Assembly (NCBI GenBank): GCA_047602405.1 | Contig: JASGHJ010000002.1 | Location: 2,176,001-2,240,000 of the forward strand | Length of the DNA stretch: 64,000 nt | Direction of reading: 5' to 3' | From: Anaeromyxobacteraceae bacterium | GTDB taxonomy: Bacteria; Myxococcota; Myxococcia; Myxococcales; Anaeromyxobacteraceae | Part shown: one piece after another, positions 23,669-35,126 of the stretch | Layout: each line of letters opens with the position of its first letter | How positions within the stretch are numbered: the first letter of the stretch is position 1 | Made by a program: the position numbers and the translations under genes | The notes under the pieces: model-generated | Seen by the model: the letters and a program-made list of their open reading frames with translations, nothing else | Database searches by the model: none | What the model was told of the DNA's origin: nothing

Positions 23669-24379
23669 GTGCCCGCGGGCGGACCGATCACGCAGCGTCG
23701 ACGCCTCCTCGCGGGTGCCGTGTTGCTGGGAGCCGGGGTGTGGCTCGACCTTGGACCACAGCTCCGCCATCGCCTCCTGTTTGCGATGACAATCGCGACC
23801 TGCGCCATGGCCGCTTGGTTCTTCTGGGCACTCCGCCGTGGCGCGATGCTCTCCTGGCGGATCGCAGGCTGGGCGGGCGTCGTGCTCGCCACCGCTTACG
23901 CATCGGCGGCTGCCTTTCGCTGGAGCACGTTGCCGCCGCGCGAGAGCGCGCTCGTCGATCAGTTTCGTGGCAACCGGAGCGCCTACGAGTCCCTCGAGCA
24001 GTTGCTCGTAGAGGAGGCGGGCCCCATCGAGGTCGCCAAGTGGGGCGTCCGCACGCGGCGGTCCCTCCTCGCGGAAATACCGCCATCTGGCGATTTCCCG
24101 CGCGCGCGTTTCGACAGGTACCTCGCTCTCCTGACCCGCGCTGGCGGCGAGATCGCCTGGCGCGGCGACGACGCGTGCCCGGAGACCTGCGTCGTCGTCT
24201 GGGCTGCGGGATTCGCGGCAAACACGCGGCACGTGGCCGTGTGTTCACTCTGCACCGCTCCAGCCAGCCTCACCGATAACCTGGATCGGTGGTGGACCAC
24301 GCCGACAGCCTCCGGCGGGCGGGAGATTGTCTACCGGCACCTCGAAGCGGAATGGTACCTGCGCGCCGATTCACGTTGA
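23669..24379 (+). CDS. Hypothetical membrane protein
   Basis: Three N-terminal hydrophobic segments; C-terminal YRHLEAEWYL; more A/T-ending codons than neighbours. Confidence 0.55.
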   Translation: MPAGGPITQRRRLLAGAVLLGAGVWLDLGPQLRHRLLFAMTIATCAMAAWFFWALRRGAMLSWRIAGWAGVVLATAYASAAAFRWSTLPPRESALVDQFRGNRSAYESLEQLLVEEAGPIEVAKWGVRTRRSLLAEIPPSGDFPRARFDRYLALLTRAGGEIAWRGDDACPETCVVVWAAGFAANTRHVAVCSLCTAPASLTDNLDRWWTTPTASGGREIVYRHLEAEWYLRADSR

Positions 24380-24401
24380 GCGGCCTACCCGCGTACGAGC
24401 G

Positions 24402-25520
24402 CTACCCCTCGCCCGCGATCCGCCGCGGCAGCGTGACCTCGAAGGCCGTGCCGTCCGCGGGCGCGGTGCGGACGTCGATCGTGCCGCCGTGCGCGGTGAC
24501 GATCTCGCGCGAGATGTAGAGCCCGAGCCCGAGGCCGGCGCGCAGGGCCTTGCCGCCCCGCACGCGGAACGGCTCGAACAGCGCGGCGAGCACCTCCGGC
24601 GGCATGGCGCCGCCGTTCCTCACCTCGAGCCGCACGCGCTCGCGCCAGGTGCCGTCCACGGTCACGCGCACCGGGACGCGCGGCGCGCCGTGCAGCACCG
24701 CGTTCCCCACGAGGTTGTCGAGCACCTGCTCGAGCCGGTCGGCGTCGCCCTCCAGGACCGGATCGCCCGTGACCTCGAGGACCACCTCGATCCCCGGGGT
24801 CGTGCCCTGCACCTGCTCGACCGCGTCCTCGGCGAGCGCGCCGAGGTCCACGGCGCCCGGCCGGACCGGGATGCCCTGGCCGACCCGCAGGCGGGTGAGA
24901 TCGAGGAGCTGGGCGATCATCCGCTCCATGCGCCCCGCGCTCCGCACGATCCGCTCGAGCGCGCGGCGGCGCTGCTCGTCGGGCTCGTCGCGCTCGAGCG
25001 TCGAGGCGCTGAGCGAGATGACGCCCAGCGGGAAGCGCAGGTCGTGGCCGACGACGCCGAGGAAGGTGTCGCGGAAGCGCTCCATCCGCTCGCGCTCGGC
25101 GCGGACCGTGAGCTCCGCGGCGAGGTCCTGGCAGGTCGCGATCGCGCCGACCGGCTGGCCCTCGCGGCCCCGGATCGGCGAGACCGCGACCCGCACCGCG
25201 CACGCGCCGCCGTCGGCGCGGCGGACGCGCACCTCGAGCTCCGGCGGCGTCTCCCCCCGGAGCGCCTCGGCGACCGGGAGCACGCCGGGCGTGCCGTCGA
25301 GCCGCTCCACCTGGAGCTCGACCAGCGCGGAGATTGGCCCGCCCGCCTCGATTGCCGGTCCGAGCGCCGCGACCGCGCGCGGGTTCGCCACCGCGATCTT
25401 CCCGGTGACGAGGTCCGCCACCACGATGCCCACCGGCAGCTCGTCGACGATGCGCCGGAGGCGGACGTCGTCGCGCGTCGTCGGGAGCGGCGTGAACGTG
25501 GCGGGGCGTGGGCGGAACAT
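24402..25520 (-). CDS. PAS-domain sensor histidine kinase
   Basis: IVDELPVGIVVAD PAS start, VGHDLRFPL, NLVGNA, GLGLGL. Confidence 0.87.
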   Translation of the reverse strand: MFRPRPATFTPLPTTRDDVRLRRIVDELPVGIVVADLVTGKIAVANPRAVAALGPAIEAGGPISALVELQVERLDGTPGVLPVAEALRGETPPELEVRVRRADGGACAVRVAVSPIRGREGQPVGAIATCQDLAAELTVRAERERMERFRDTFLGVVGHDLRFPLGVISLSASTLERDEPDEQRRRALERIVRSAGRMERMIAQLLDLTRLRVGQGIPVRPGAVDLGALAEDAVEQVQGTTPGIEVVLEVTGDPVLEGDADRLEQVLDNLVGNAVLHGAPRVPVRVTVDGTWRERVRLEVRNGGAMPPEVLAALFEPFRVRGGKALRAGLGLGLYISREIVTAHGGTIDVRTAPADGTAFEVTLPRRIAGEG

Positions 25521-25616
25521 GGCCGCGCGGCGAGGCATCCGGACTGCGGGTGAGCCCGCAGAGTGTCCGATCGCCTCCCCCGCGGGAAGGGGTCACGCCA
25601 ACCTGCGCGGGAGCGC

Positions 25617-27060
25617 TCAGGGTTGCCGCGCGGGCCGCGCGGGAGGCCCGCCGACGATTTGCTTCGCGAGGGTGCCGGCCTTCATCCGCCCACCTTCGTC
25701 CACACCGTTGATGACCGCGACGAGCTTCGCGTCCGCGTTCGACGGGTTCGCGGACATGAACTCGGCGACGCTCTGGTCGCGGTCGAGCTTCACGAGCTTC
25801 ACGCGCGCGGGCTTCACGTCGAGCGCGGCCCGGTCGGTGAGCGGCCCGAAGCTCGCGAGCGCGTCGCGCAGACCGGCGTCGTGCTTCGAGAGCGCGGCCG
25901 CCGGGGCGAAGCCCACGAGCTGGAGGGTGACCTTCCCGGCCGACGCGAAGGCGACGTAGCCCCCGAGGGCGCCCTGCTGGGTCTGCGCCTCGAACCGGGC
26001 GGCGTTCCTCGGCGCCTCCCCGGACAGCGCGGTCGCCGGCCGGATGCCCTCCTGGGCGAAGAACTTCTGCTTCGCCTCCTCGGGCGACGCCGCGCCGGTC
26101 ACCACCGAGAGCTGCACGGCGGCGTCCTGCTCGGCCGAGACGCCCTGCACCGCGGCGGCGCCGTTCTGCGTCTTCCAGCCCTTCGGGAACGCGAGCTGGA
26201 AGCCGAGGCCCGGGTGCTTGAACGTCTGCCCCTCGAAGAAGCCCTGCCGCGGGTCGTCGCCGAACACCATCCCGTCGACCTGCGCGAGGTACGCGGCCTC
26301 GTCCACCCGCATGCGGTCGGCGCCCTCCACCGAGGCCGCCCGCTCGGCCGCCTTCTTCGCGCGGTTCTCGGGGTCGGGGTGCGTCGACATCCACTCCGGC
26401 ACCCGGCCGCCGCCGGAGAGCGCGCTCGCCTTCGCGAGCATCTCGAACACCTTCGGCATCTCGCGCGGGTCGTAGCCGGCCGCGGTCATGTACTTGAACC
26501 CGAGCTGGTCCGACTGCCGCTCGTCGTCCCGGCCATACTTGAGGAAGATGAGCTGCATCCCGGCCGAGGCGAGCTGGCCGAGCTGCCCGAGCTCCGGCGA
26601 GAGCACCGATCCGAGGCCGAGGCCCACCTGGGCGAGCTGCTGCTTCGAGAGCTGCTGCACCGAGTGGCGCGCGGTGACGTGGCCGATTTCGTGCCCAACC
26701 ACCGCGGCGAGCTCCGCCTCCGAGCGCAGGTGGGTCAGGATCCCGCGGGTGACGAAGATCGGCCCGCCCGGGAGCGCGAAGGCGTTCACGGCCGGGTCGT
26801 CGACGACGTCGAACTGCCAGGGGATCCGCGGCCGCTCCGACGAGGTCGCCATCCGCATGCCGACCCCGGAGACGTACGCCTTCACCTTCGGATCGTCGTA
26901 GGTCCCCATGGTCTGGCGGACCTCCTCGGCGGACTGCTTGCCGAGGGCGATTCTCCTGATCGGACGAGACGAGCGCGAGCTGGCGCTTCCCGGTGACGGG
27001 GTTCCTGACGCAGGCGACGAGGAGGCAGCCCGCGAGGGCCAGGAGGCGGGGGGCGGTCAT
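25617..27060 (-). CDS. M48-family metalloprotease lipoprotein; one frameshift at ~26951
   Basis: LVAC lipobox + NPVTGKRQL in one frame, then VNAFALPGG, GHEIGH, STHP. Removing one base at GATTC 26949-26953 joins them. Confidence 0.88.
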
Positions 27061-27079
27061 GCCCCCAATCTAAGCGCCG

Positions 27080-28139
27080 CTACCCGTGAAGCCTCGCCAG
27101 GATTTCCCCGGTCATCGCGGTGGTCGAGAGCGCCCCGCCGAGGTCCCGGGTGCGGTGGCCCGCCGAGAGGGTCGCGTGGACCGCGGCCTCGACGCGGTCC
27201 GCCTCGGCCGCGAGCCCGAGCGAGTGCCGGAGCAGCATGGCGGCGGAGAGGATCGTGCCGATTGGGTTCGCGATGCCCTTCCCCGCGATGTCCGGCGCGG
27301 AGCCGTGGATGGGCCGTAGAGCCCCGGCCCCCCGTCGCCCAGCGAGGCCGACGGGAGCAGGCCCATCGAGCCCGGGAGCACGGCGGCCTCGTCGGTGAGG
27401 ATGTCGCCGAACATGTTCTCGGTGACGATCACGTCGAAGGCGGCCGGCCCGGAGACGAGCCGCATCGCCGCGGTGTCGACGAGCACGTGCTCGAGCGCGA
27501 CGTCCGGGTGGGCGGCGCCGATCTGCGTCGCGAGCTCGCGCCAGAGGCGGGAGGAGTCGAGGACGTTCGCCTTGTCGACCGAGGCCACCTTTTTCTTGCG
27601 GCCGCGGGCGAGCCCGAACGCGAGCTCCACCACCCGCCGGATCTCGAAGTCCTGGTACTCGAGCGTGTCGACGCCGCGCTCGCCGGTCTCGGTCTTGAAG
27701 CGGCCCTTCGGCTGGCCGAAGTAGAGGCCGCCGGTGAGCTCGCGCACCACGAGGAGGTCCACGCCGGCGAGCCGCTCCGGCCGGAGCGGCGAGGCGTCCA
27801 CGAGCGAGGGGTGGAGCTTCACCGGGCGCAGGTTCGCGAAGACGCCGAGGCCCTTGCGGAGCGCGAGGAGGCCCTGCTCCGGCCGGACCTTCGCGCGCGG
27901 GTCGTCCCACTTCGGCCCGCCGACGGCGCCGAGCAGCACGGCGTCGGACCGCTTCGCCGCGGCGAGCGTCTCGTCGGTGAGCGCCGTGCCGTGCCGGTCG
28001 ATGGAGCAGCCGCCGAGGAGGTGCTCCTCGTACGAGAACGTGTGGCCGCCCGTGCGGCCGACCGCGTCGAGCACCTTCGTCGCCTCGGCCGTCACCTCCG
28101 GGCCGATCCCGTCGCCCGGCAGCACGCAGATCTTCGCCT

Positions 28140-28143
<4 letters not shown>
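27080..28143 (-). CDS. leuB: 3-isopropylmalate dehydrogenase; one frameshift at ~27315
   Basis: [39 protein letters not shown], then (E)[17 protein letters not shown] in the shifted frame. Confidence 0.93.
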
Positions 28144-29708
<1,565 letters not shown>

Positions 29709-29877
29709 CGGTGCCGGCGCTCCGCGGGGGTGGAGCCGGCCAGTATACACGCCCCGCCGGTGACACCATCGCCAGCGCACCCGCAGTCGTTCGTGGACGG
29801 CGGCCCCCGGCTGCGTTACTCACCTCCGCAGGTCCCGACCGCAGACCGTCAGCGTGACCATCCCCCCCGGAGGACCC

Positions 29878-30399
29878 GTGGCCATCGACTTCAGCCGGCT
29901 GGAGCTCAAGGACGCCCTGGACCTCGCCATCCTGATCGAGCAGGAGGCCCGCGAGCGCTACGAGGAGTTCGCCCGGATCGTGGGCGGTCGCTACGCGGGC
30001 GACGCCGCGGACATGTTCCGCGAGATGGCGCGCAACGAGGCGAAGCACGAGTCGCAGCTCGCCGACCGCCGCCGCACCGCCTTCGGCGACGCGGCGCGGA
30101 AGGTCACCCGGACCATGTTCGAGGACGTGGAGGCGCCGGAGGTGACGAAGCCGCGCGTCTTCATGTCGGCGCGGCAGGCGATGGAGGTCGCGCTCGCCTC
30201 CGAGGAGAAGGCCTGGGAGTTCTTCGATCGGGCCCTCGCCCACGTGCAGGACCCGTACGTGAAGGTGCTGTTCCAGGAGCTGCGCGGCGAGGAGGCGCAG
30301 CACGCCGCGCTCGTCCGGGCGAAGCTCGAGAAGCTGCCGCCCGGCCCCGACCTCGAGGAAGAGGACGCGGACGAGCCCGGGACCGACCCGGGCAACTAG
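29878..30399 (+). CDS. Ferritin-like/rubrerythrin-domain protein
   Basis: [27 protein letters not shown] di-iron ligand pattern; GGAGG RBS before GTG 29878. Confidence 0.85.
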   Translation: MAIDFSRLELKDALDLAILIEQEARERYEEFARIVGGRYAGDAADMFREMARNEAKHESQLADRRRTAFGDAARKVTRTMFEDVEAPEVTKPRVFMSARQAMEVALASEEKAWEFFDRALAHVQDPYVKVLFQELRGEEAQHAALVRAKLEKLPPGPDLEEEDADEPGTDPGN

Positions 30400-30433
30400 T
30401 TCCCACCTGAAGTCGCGAGAGAGGAGCGCGCGT

Positions 30434-30757
30434 TTGGCGAAGCCGAAGATCGAGGAGCTCACCGTCGGCAAGGGTCCCGAGGCGGTGCGGGGCAAGACGG
30501 TGCAGGTGCACTACACGGGCTGGCTCACCGACGGCACCAAGTTCGACTCGTCGGTCGGGAGCGAGCCCTTCTCGTTCCGGCTCGGCGCCGGCGAGGTCAT
30601 CGAGGGCTGGGACCGCGGCGTGGCCGGCATGAAGGTGGGCGGGAAGCGGAAGCTGACGCTGCCCCCCGACCTCGCCTACGGCGCGCGCGGCGCCCCTCCG
30701 GACATCCCGCCGAACGCGACGCTCGTGTTCGAGGTGGAGCTGCTCGGCGTCGTCTAG
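30434..30757 (+). CDS. FKBP-type peptidyl-prolyl isomerase
   Basis: [41 protein letters not shown]. Confidence 0.93.
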   Translation: MAKPKIEELTVGKGPEAVRGKTVQVHYTGWLTDGTKFDSSVGSEPFSFRLGAGEVIEGWDRGVAGMKVGGKRKLTLPPDLAYGARGAPPDIPPNATLVFEVELLGVV

Positions 30758-30790
30758 CGCGCGTCCAGCGCGCCCCTCGCGAGGGGCCCC

Positions 30791-30892
30791 GCCCGGTCCG
30801 ACTTCCCGCTCATCCTGAGCGTAGGCACCGCGGAACCCCGAGCCTGTCGAGGGGTCCGCGGGCCGAAGTCGAAGGACCGGGCTTTTCTTTTC
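30791..30892 (+). terminator. Probable intrinsic terminator built on a REP-like repeat
   Basis: gcccggtcc-gacttc (30791-30805) pairs with gaagtc-gaa-ggaccgggc (30865-30882), followed by ttttcttttc. Confidence 0.55.
30806..30877 (+). repeat. REP-like repeat family 1, expanded copy D
   Basis: ccgctcatcctgagcGTAG...cgaagtcgaaggac; the inner arm carries a nested cccgagcctgtcgagggg unit. Confidence 0.65.
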
Positions 30893-30974
30893 TGAAGGTA
30901 TCGCGCGCACTTTATCTGGTTTTACGAACCCCGGCCCGGTCTTACCTCCTACGGACACAGGGAGGTGCTGGCTC

Positions 30975-31314
30975 ATGTTCGTCTCCATGCAGGTGCAGGG
31001 ACAGGCGCCCGAAGGTCCGATGAAGGAGCACCTCGAGCGGCGCCTGCGCGGCGCGGTGCAGGCCTACGGCACGCGCGCCCAGGGCATCGCGCTCCGCGCG
31101 AACGCGACGACCCTCCCCCGCGGCCGCGTGAGCTGCCGGGTCGCGATTCTCGCTCGACGCCGGCGTCTTCACCGGCACCGCCAAGGGCGCGAACGTGCTC
31201 TTCGCGGCGGAGGAGGCGCTCGCGAAGGCGACGCGCAACGCCGACAAGGTGCTGCGTCGCGAGGAGCGCCCCGCGGGCAACCTGTTCCTCGCGCCGAGCA
31301 CCTCGAACGGCTGA
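30975..31314 (+). CDS. HPF/RaiA-like (ribosome hibernation/sigma54 modulation) protein; one frameshift at ~31147
   Basis: Corrected reading MFVSMQVQG...KEHLERRL...CRVAISLDAGVFTGTAKGANVLFAAEEALAKATR...*; GGAGG RBS; HPF-like secondary-structure pattern (inference). Confidence 0.6.
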
Positions 31315-31317
31315 GCG

Positions 31318-31722
31318 CTACTTCTTGCCGGGCGCCGACCCGGGCCGGCCCAGGGACCGGTCCGGGTCGAGCCCGAGCCGCTCGAGGGTCTCCCGGTCCG
31401 GGAAGCCCGTCGCGGCCAGCCCCTGCCCGTCCTGGAACCTGCGGAGCGCGCGCGTCGTCGCGTCGTCGAGCTCTCCGTCCTGGTGCGCCTCCAGGAGCCC
31501 GCGCGAGGTGAGCGCGCGCTGCAGCTCGGTCACCACGCCCGGCGCGAGCAGCGCCTCCGGCGAGGCCGGCACCCGCGGGCTCCCCGCCCGCGGCGGCACG
31601 CCCTGCTCCTTCCTCGTGTCCGGCGCCTCCGGCTTCCTCGGCCCCGGCTCCGGGGGCTTCTGCACCTTCGCGCACGCGGCGCCGAGCGCGAGCGCCAGGG
31701 CGGCGAGCCGCGGGTTCGTCAC
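31318..31722 (-). CDS. Peptidoglycan-binding-domain lipoprotein
   Basis: Lipobox-like GAAC; LQRAL..G.L...DG.LD..T..ALRRFQ..GL..TG.PD.ET...LGL. Confidence 0.82.
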   Translation of the reverse strand: MTNPRLAALALALGAACAKVQKPPEPGPRKPEAPDTRKEQGVPPRAGSPRVPASPEALLAPGVVTELQRALTSRGLLEAHQDGELDDATTRALRRFQDGQGLAATGFPDRETLERLGLDPDRSLGRPGSAPGKK

Positions 31723-32888
31723 TTCCCGCCCTCCGGCTGCGCCGCGGGCTCGCGCTTGCGGGACAGCCCCTTCCTCGCCTGCTCGAGGACGCCTTCCCGC
31801 TTCTTCGCGGTCGGCTGCGGGAGGCCCCCCACGCCGGCGACCAGCCCCTCGACGAACGCGTTCCGGAGCACGCCGATGATCGCCGGCACCGCCTGCACGT
31901 CCGGCTCCGAGAGCTTGCCGCGGATCGGCACCGTCGTCGCGACCGCCTCTCGGCCCGGGACGTCGTCGGAGAGGAGCTTCAGCGTCGCGTCGCCGAGCGC
32001 CTCCTTGATGCGCGGGCCCAGGCCGGGCTCGTCGGCCTCGAGGTCCATGCCCTTCGCGACCGGCCGGACGCCGCCGGTGATCTCGCCGTCCTTCGCGACG
32101 AACCGCACGTAGACGTCGAGGGTGCCCTTCCGCGGGACGACGTCGCTCTTGGTCGCGGCGAAGCCGGCGAGGGACCCGGCGGGGAGCCCCACGAGCTCGC
32201 CCTGCCCGGCGAACGTGGTCGTCTTCGCGAGCGGGTCGGCGGTCGCGAAGAACGTGAGCTTCCCCTCCCCCTGCACGAGCCCCCGGATCGCGATCACCGT
32301 CGGCTGCCCCTCCGCGAGCGCCTTCGAGAATGCCCAGTTCTCGAGCGTCCCCTCGATCCGCGTGACGCGCAGGCGCGGGTGCTCCGGCTCGGTGAGATCG
32401 GTGAAGCGCAGTTCCCCGTCCTTCACCTGCAGCCGGTCGATGCGGAGCGGCGTCGCCTCCTGCACGCCGCGCGCGACCTCCGGCGCCTCCTTCGGCGTCT
32501 GCTGGCGCGCCTTCGCGTGCGCCGCCACGAGGTTGATGCGCGGCGCCTCGGCGCGGATGTCCGCGACCACGTGGCCGCGCACGAGCTCGCGCCAGTACAG
32601 GCCGACCTCGACGTACGGGATGGTCAGGTACGGCAGCGAGTGCCCGCCCGGGACCTCCTTCGTGATCCGCAGGTCGCGCACCTCGGAGGTGAGGTCGAGG
32701 AGGCGGACGTGGACCCCCTCGAACGTCGCCGCCATGCCGTGCATCTTCGAGAACCCCTTGCGAAGCTGCCAGGCCATCAGGGGATCGGCCGCCAGCCGCA
32801 CCGCGACCGCGAGGAGGACGAGCACGCCGAGGACGGCGAGCGCGATCCTGCCGGCTCTCGGGATGCGGCGCACCCCCGTAACCTGCAC
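31719..32888 (-). CDS. DUF748/AsmA-like envelope protein
   Basis: N-terminal TM helix then beta-rich region; RIDRLQVKDGEL.FTD; C-terminal GVLRNAFVEGL. Confidence 0.7.
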   Translation of the reverse strand: MQVTGVRRIPRAGRIALAVLGVLVLLAVAVRLAADPLMAWQLRKGFSKMHGMAATFEGVHVRLLDLTSEVRDLRITKEVPGGHSLPYLTIPYVEVGLYWRELVRGHVVADIRAEAPRINLVAAHAKARQQTPKEAPEVARGVQEATPLRIDRLQVKDGELRFTDLTEPEHPRLRVTRIEGTLENWAFSKALAEGQPTVIAIRGLVQGEGKLTFFATADPLAKTTTFAGQGELVGLPAGSLAGFAATKSDVVPRKGTLDVYVRFVAKDGEITGGVRPVAKGMDLEADEPGLGPRIKEALGDATLKLLSDDVPGREAVATTVPIRGKLSEPDVQAVPAIIGVLRNAFVEGLVAGVGGLPQPTAKKREGVLEQARKGLSRKREPAAQPEGGK

Positions 32889-32897
32889 ACGCCGGGG

Positions 32898-33377
32898 TCA
32901 CTCGATGGCGACGTCCACCGGGACCGGCGAGAGCACGCGCACGAGGTCGGCGGGCGCGAGCCCCACGAGGAAGCCGCGCGAGCCGCCGTTCACGTAGATC
33001 CTGGGCAGCTCGAGGATGCTGCGCTCGACGTGCACGGGCATGGGCTTCCTCGTGCCGAAGGGGCTCGTGCCGCCGACCTGGTAGCCGGTGTGGCGGTTGG
33101 CCACCTCTGGCCTGCAGATGTCGATCGCCTTCTTGCCGAGCTGGCGGGCGAGGGCCTTCGTCGACACCTCGCGATCGCCGTGCATGAGCACGATCAGCGG
33201 CGCCTTCGCGTCGTCCTCGAAGACGAGCGTCTTCACGACCGCGTGCTCCTCCACGCCGAGCTCGCGGGCCGAGACCCGCGTCCCGCCCTTCTCCTCGTAG
33301 CGGTACAGGTGCTCGGTGTACGCGACGCCCGCCTCGCGGAGCAGCCGGGTGGCGGGCGTGGACGGCGTCTTGCTCAC
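32898..33377 (-). CDS. YbaK/EbsC-family aminoacyl-tRNA deacylase
   Basis: TPATRLL, VVKTLVF, GYQVGGTSPFG, NGGSRG; GTGA overlap. Confidence 0.88.
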   Translation of the reverse strand: MSKTPSTPATRLLREAGVAYTEHLYRYEEKGGTRVSARELGVEEHAVVKTLVFEDDAKAPLIVLMHGDREVSTKALARQLGKKAIDICRPEVANRHTGYQVGGTSPFGTRKPMPVHVERSILELPRIYVNGGSRGFLVGLAPADLVRVLSPVPVDVAIE

Positions 33378-33955
33378 GGCAGGATCCCCTTCGCGCGGAG
33401 CGCGTCGACGAGCGCGCGGCTCGCCGCCGCGTGCCGGGCCCTCCACTCCTCGTGCGCCGCCGGGCCGACGCGGTTCGCGACGGCGAGCGCGGCCGCGGCC
33501 GGCACGCCGGCGGCGGCGCACGCGGCGAAGACGCCGGAGAGCTCGAGGTGCTCGGCGGCGGCCACCGCGGCGAGCCTCCGCGCGCCGTCCTCGGTGCGGG
33601 TGATGGCGGGCGTCACGGCGACCGGGTGGCCCGGGAGCGGCAGCGCCCAGCCCGGCGTCCAGCGCACGACCTCGACCGCGGGGCGGAACGCGCGGCCCTC
33701 GGCCTCGTCGAGCGAGGTCGCGACCACCTCGGAGGCCGCGAGGAGGTCCCCCGGCCCGAGCCGGTCGTCGTAGGCGCCGCAGGTCCCGACGAAGAGCACG
33801 CGCGCCGGGCGCTCCACCGCGATCAGGTGGGCGGTGGTGGCCGCCGCGGCGACCGCGCCGACCCCCGAGAGCGCGACACGCCAGCCCGCCGGCGGCGCGG
33901 CGTCGAGGCCGGCGAGCTCGGGCGGGAAGGCGGCGAGGAGGAGGGAGGAGGCCAT
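33374..33955 (-). CDS. Nucleoside phosphorylase family protein (MTA/SAH nucleosidase or futalosine hydrolase-like)
   Basis: GVGAVAAA, VLFVGTCGAY, AEHLE, ANRVG. Confidence 0.7.
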   Translation of the reverse strand: MASSLLLAAFPPELAGLDAAPPAGWRVALSGVGAVAAAATTAHLIAVERPARVLFVGTCGAYDDRLGPGDLLAASEVVATSLDEAEGRAFRPAVEVVRWTPGWALPLPGHPVAVTPAITRTEDGARRLAAVAAAEHLELSGVFAACAAAGVPAAAALAVANRVGPAAHEEWRARHAAASRALVDALRAKGILP

Positions 33956-34005
33956 CTCGCGGGCATCCTAGCGTCGAGCGGGCCGTTCGTGTTGAATGCC
34001 GCGCC

Positions 34006-34638
34006 GTGCGCGAGCGCTGCCCCCGCTGCCTGAGGTCCCCGCCCTTCTGCCCCTGCGCGACGCTCCCGCGCGTGGAGACCCGCACGCGGGTGCTCCTCCT
34101 CCAGCACCCGCGCGAGGCGCGGCTCGCCATCGGGAGCGCCTGGCTGCTCAAGGCCGGCCTCGCGAAGGTCGAGTCGTACCGGGCGGTCCGCTTCGCGGAT
34201 CACGAGCGGGTGCGCGCGCTCTGCGCGGAGCCCGGTGCGGTGCTGCTCGCCCCCGGCGGCGCCCCGGCGGCCGCGGTCCCCGCCGCCGCCCCCCCGCCGC
34301 TCCTCGTGGTCGTCGACGCCACCTGGCCCCAGGCCGAGAAGATGGCCCGCGCGAACCCCTGGATGGACGCGCTCCCTCGCGTGTCCGTCGACGCCGGCCG
34401 CCCGAGCGGCTACGGCGACCTCCGCCGCGAGCCCGCCCCCGGCTTCCTGCCCACCGTCGAGGCCGTGGCGTTCGCGCTCGGCGCGTTCGACGGCGCCCCC
34501 GAGCGCTTCGACCCGATGATCACCGCCTTCCAGCGCGCCGTCGCCCTGCAGCTCGAGCACGCCCGCGGCGAGAACCGCTCCCCTCGCCACCGCCCCGGCG
34601 CCGCAGCGCGCCGGGCGGGACGGGTGAAGGCGGGATAG
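34006..34638 (+). CDS. DTW-domain protein (tRNA-uridine aminocarboxypropyltransferase-like)
   Basis: N-terminal CxxC..CxC, LLQHPRE, VVDATW, LRREP...TVEA. Confidence 0.85.
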   Translation: MRERCPRCLRSPPFCPCATLPRVETRTRVLLLQHPREARLAIGSAWLLKAGLAKVESYRAVRFADHERVRALCAEPGAVLLAPGGAPAAAVPAAAPPPLLVVVDATWPQAEKMARANPWMDALPRVSVDAGRPSGYGDLRREPAPGFLPTVEAVAFALGAFDGAPERFDPMITAFQRAVALQLEHARGENRSPRHRPGAAARRAGRVKAG

Positions 34639-34702
34639 CGGGCGTGGCCGCGGTCGAGGCCACACCCTCCAGTGCCGGTGAGCCCGTGCCCGCCAGCTCG
34701 CA

Positions 34703-34756
34703 CCGTCAGCCCCGAGCGTAGCCCCGCCGGAGGCGGGGCGGAGACGAGGGGCAGCC
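34703..34756 (+). repeat. REP-like repeat family 1, copy B
   Basis: ccgtcagccccgagcGTAGccccgccggaggcggggcggagacgaggggcagcc; inverted relative to copy C. Confidence 0.85.
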
Positions 34757-34844
34757 CACGCATCCCCTTCTCCATTCACTATCTGTAACTCGGCTGAGGT
34801 TTCGCGGACAAGGCCCGCGGTTCCGCACTCGAGCCCATCTCCGG

Positions 34845-34898
34845 GGCCGCCCCTCGTCTCCGGGGCCGCTTCGCGGCCCCTACGCTCGGGGCGAACGG
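34845..34898 (-). repeat. REP-like repeat family 1, copy C
   Basis: Reverse complement ccgttcgccccgagcGTAGgggccgcgaagcggccccggagacgaggggcggcc. Confidence 0.85.
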
Positions 34899-34910
34899 CT
34901 TCAGGTTCAA

Positions 34911-35126
<216 letters not shown>

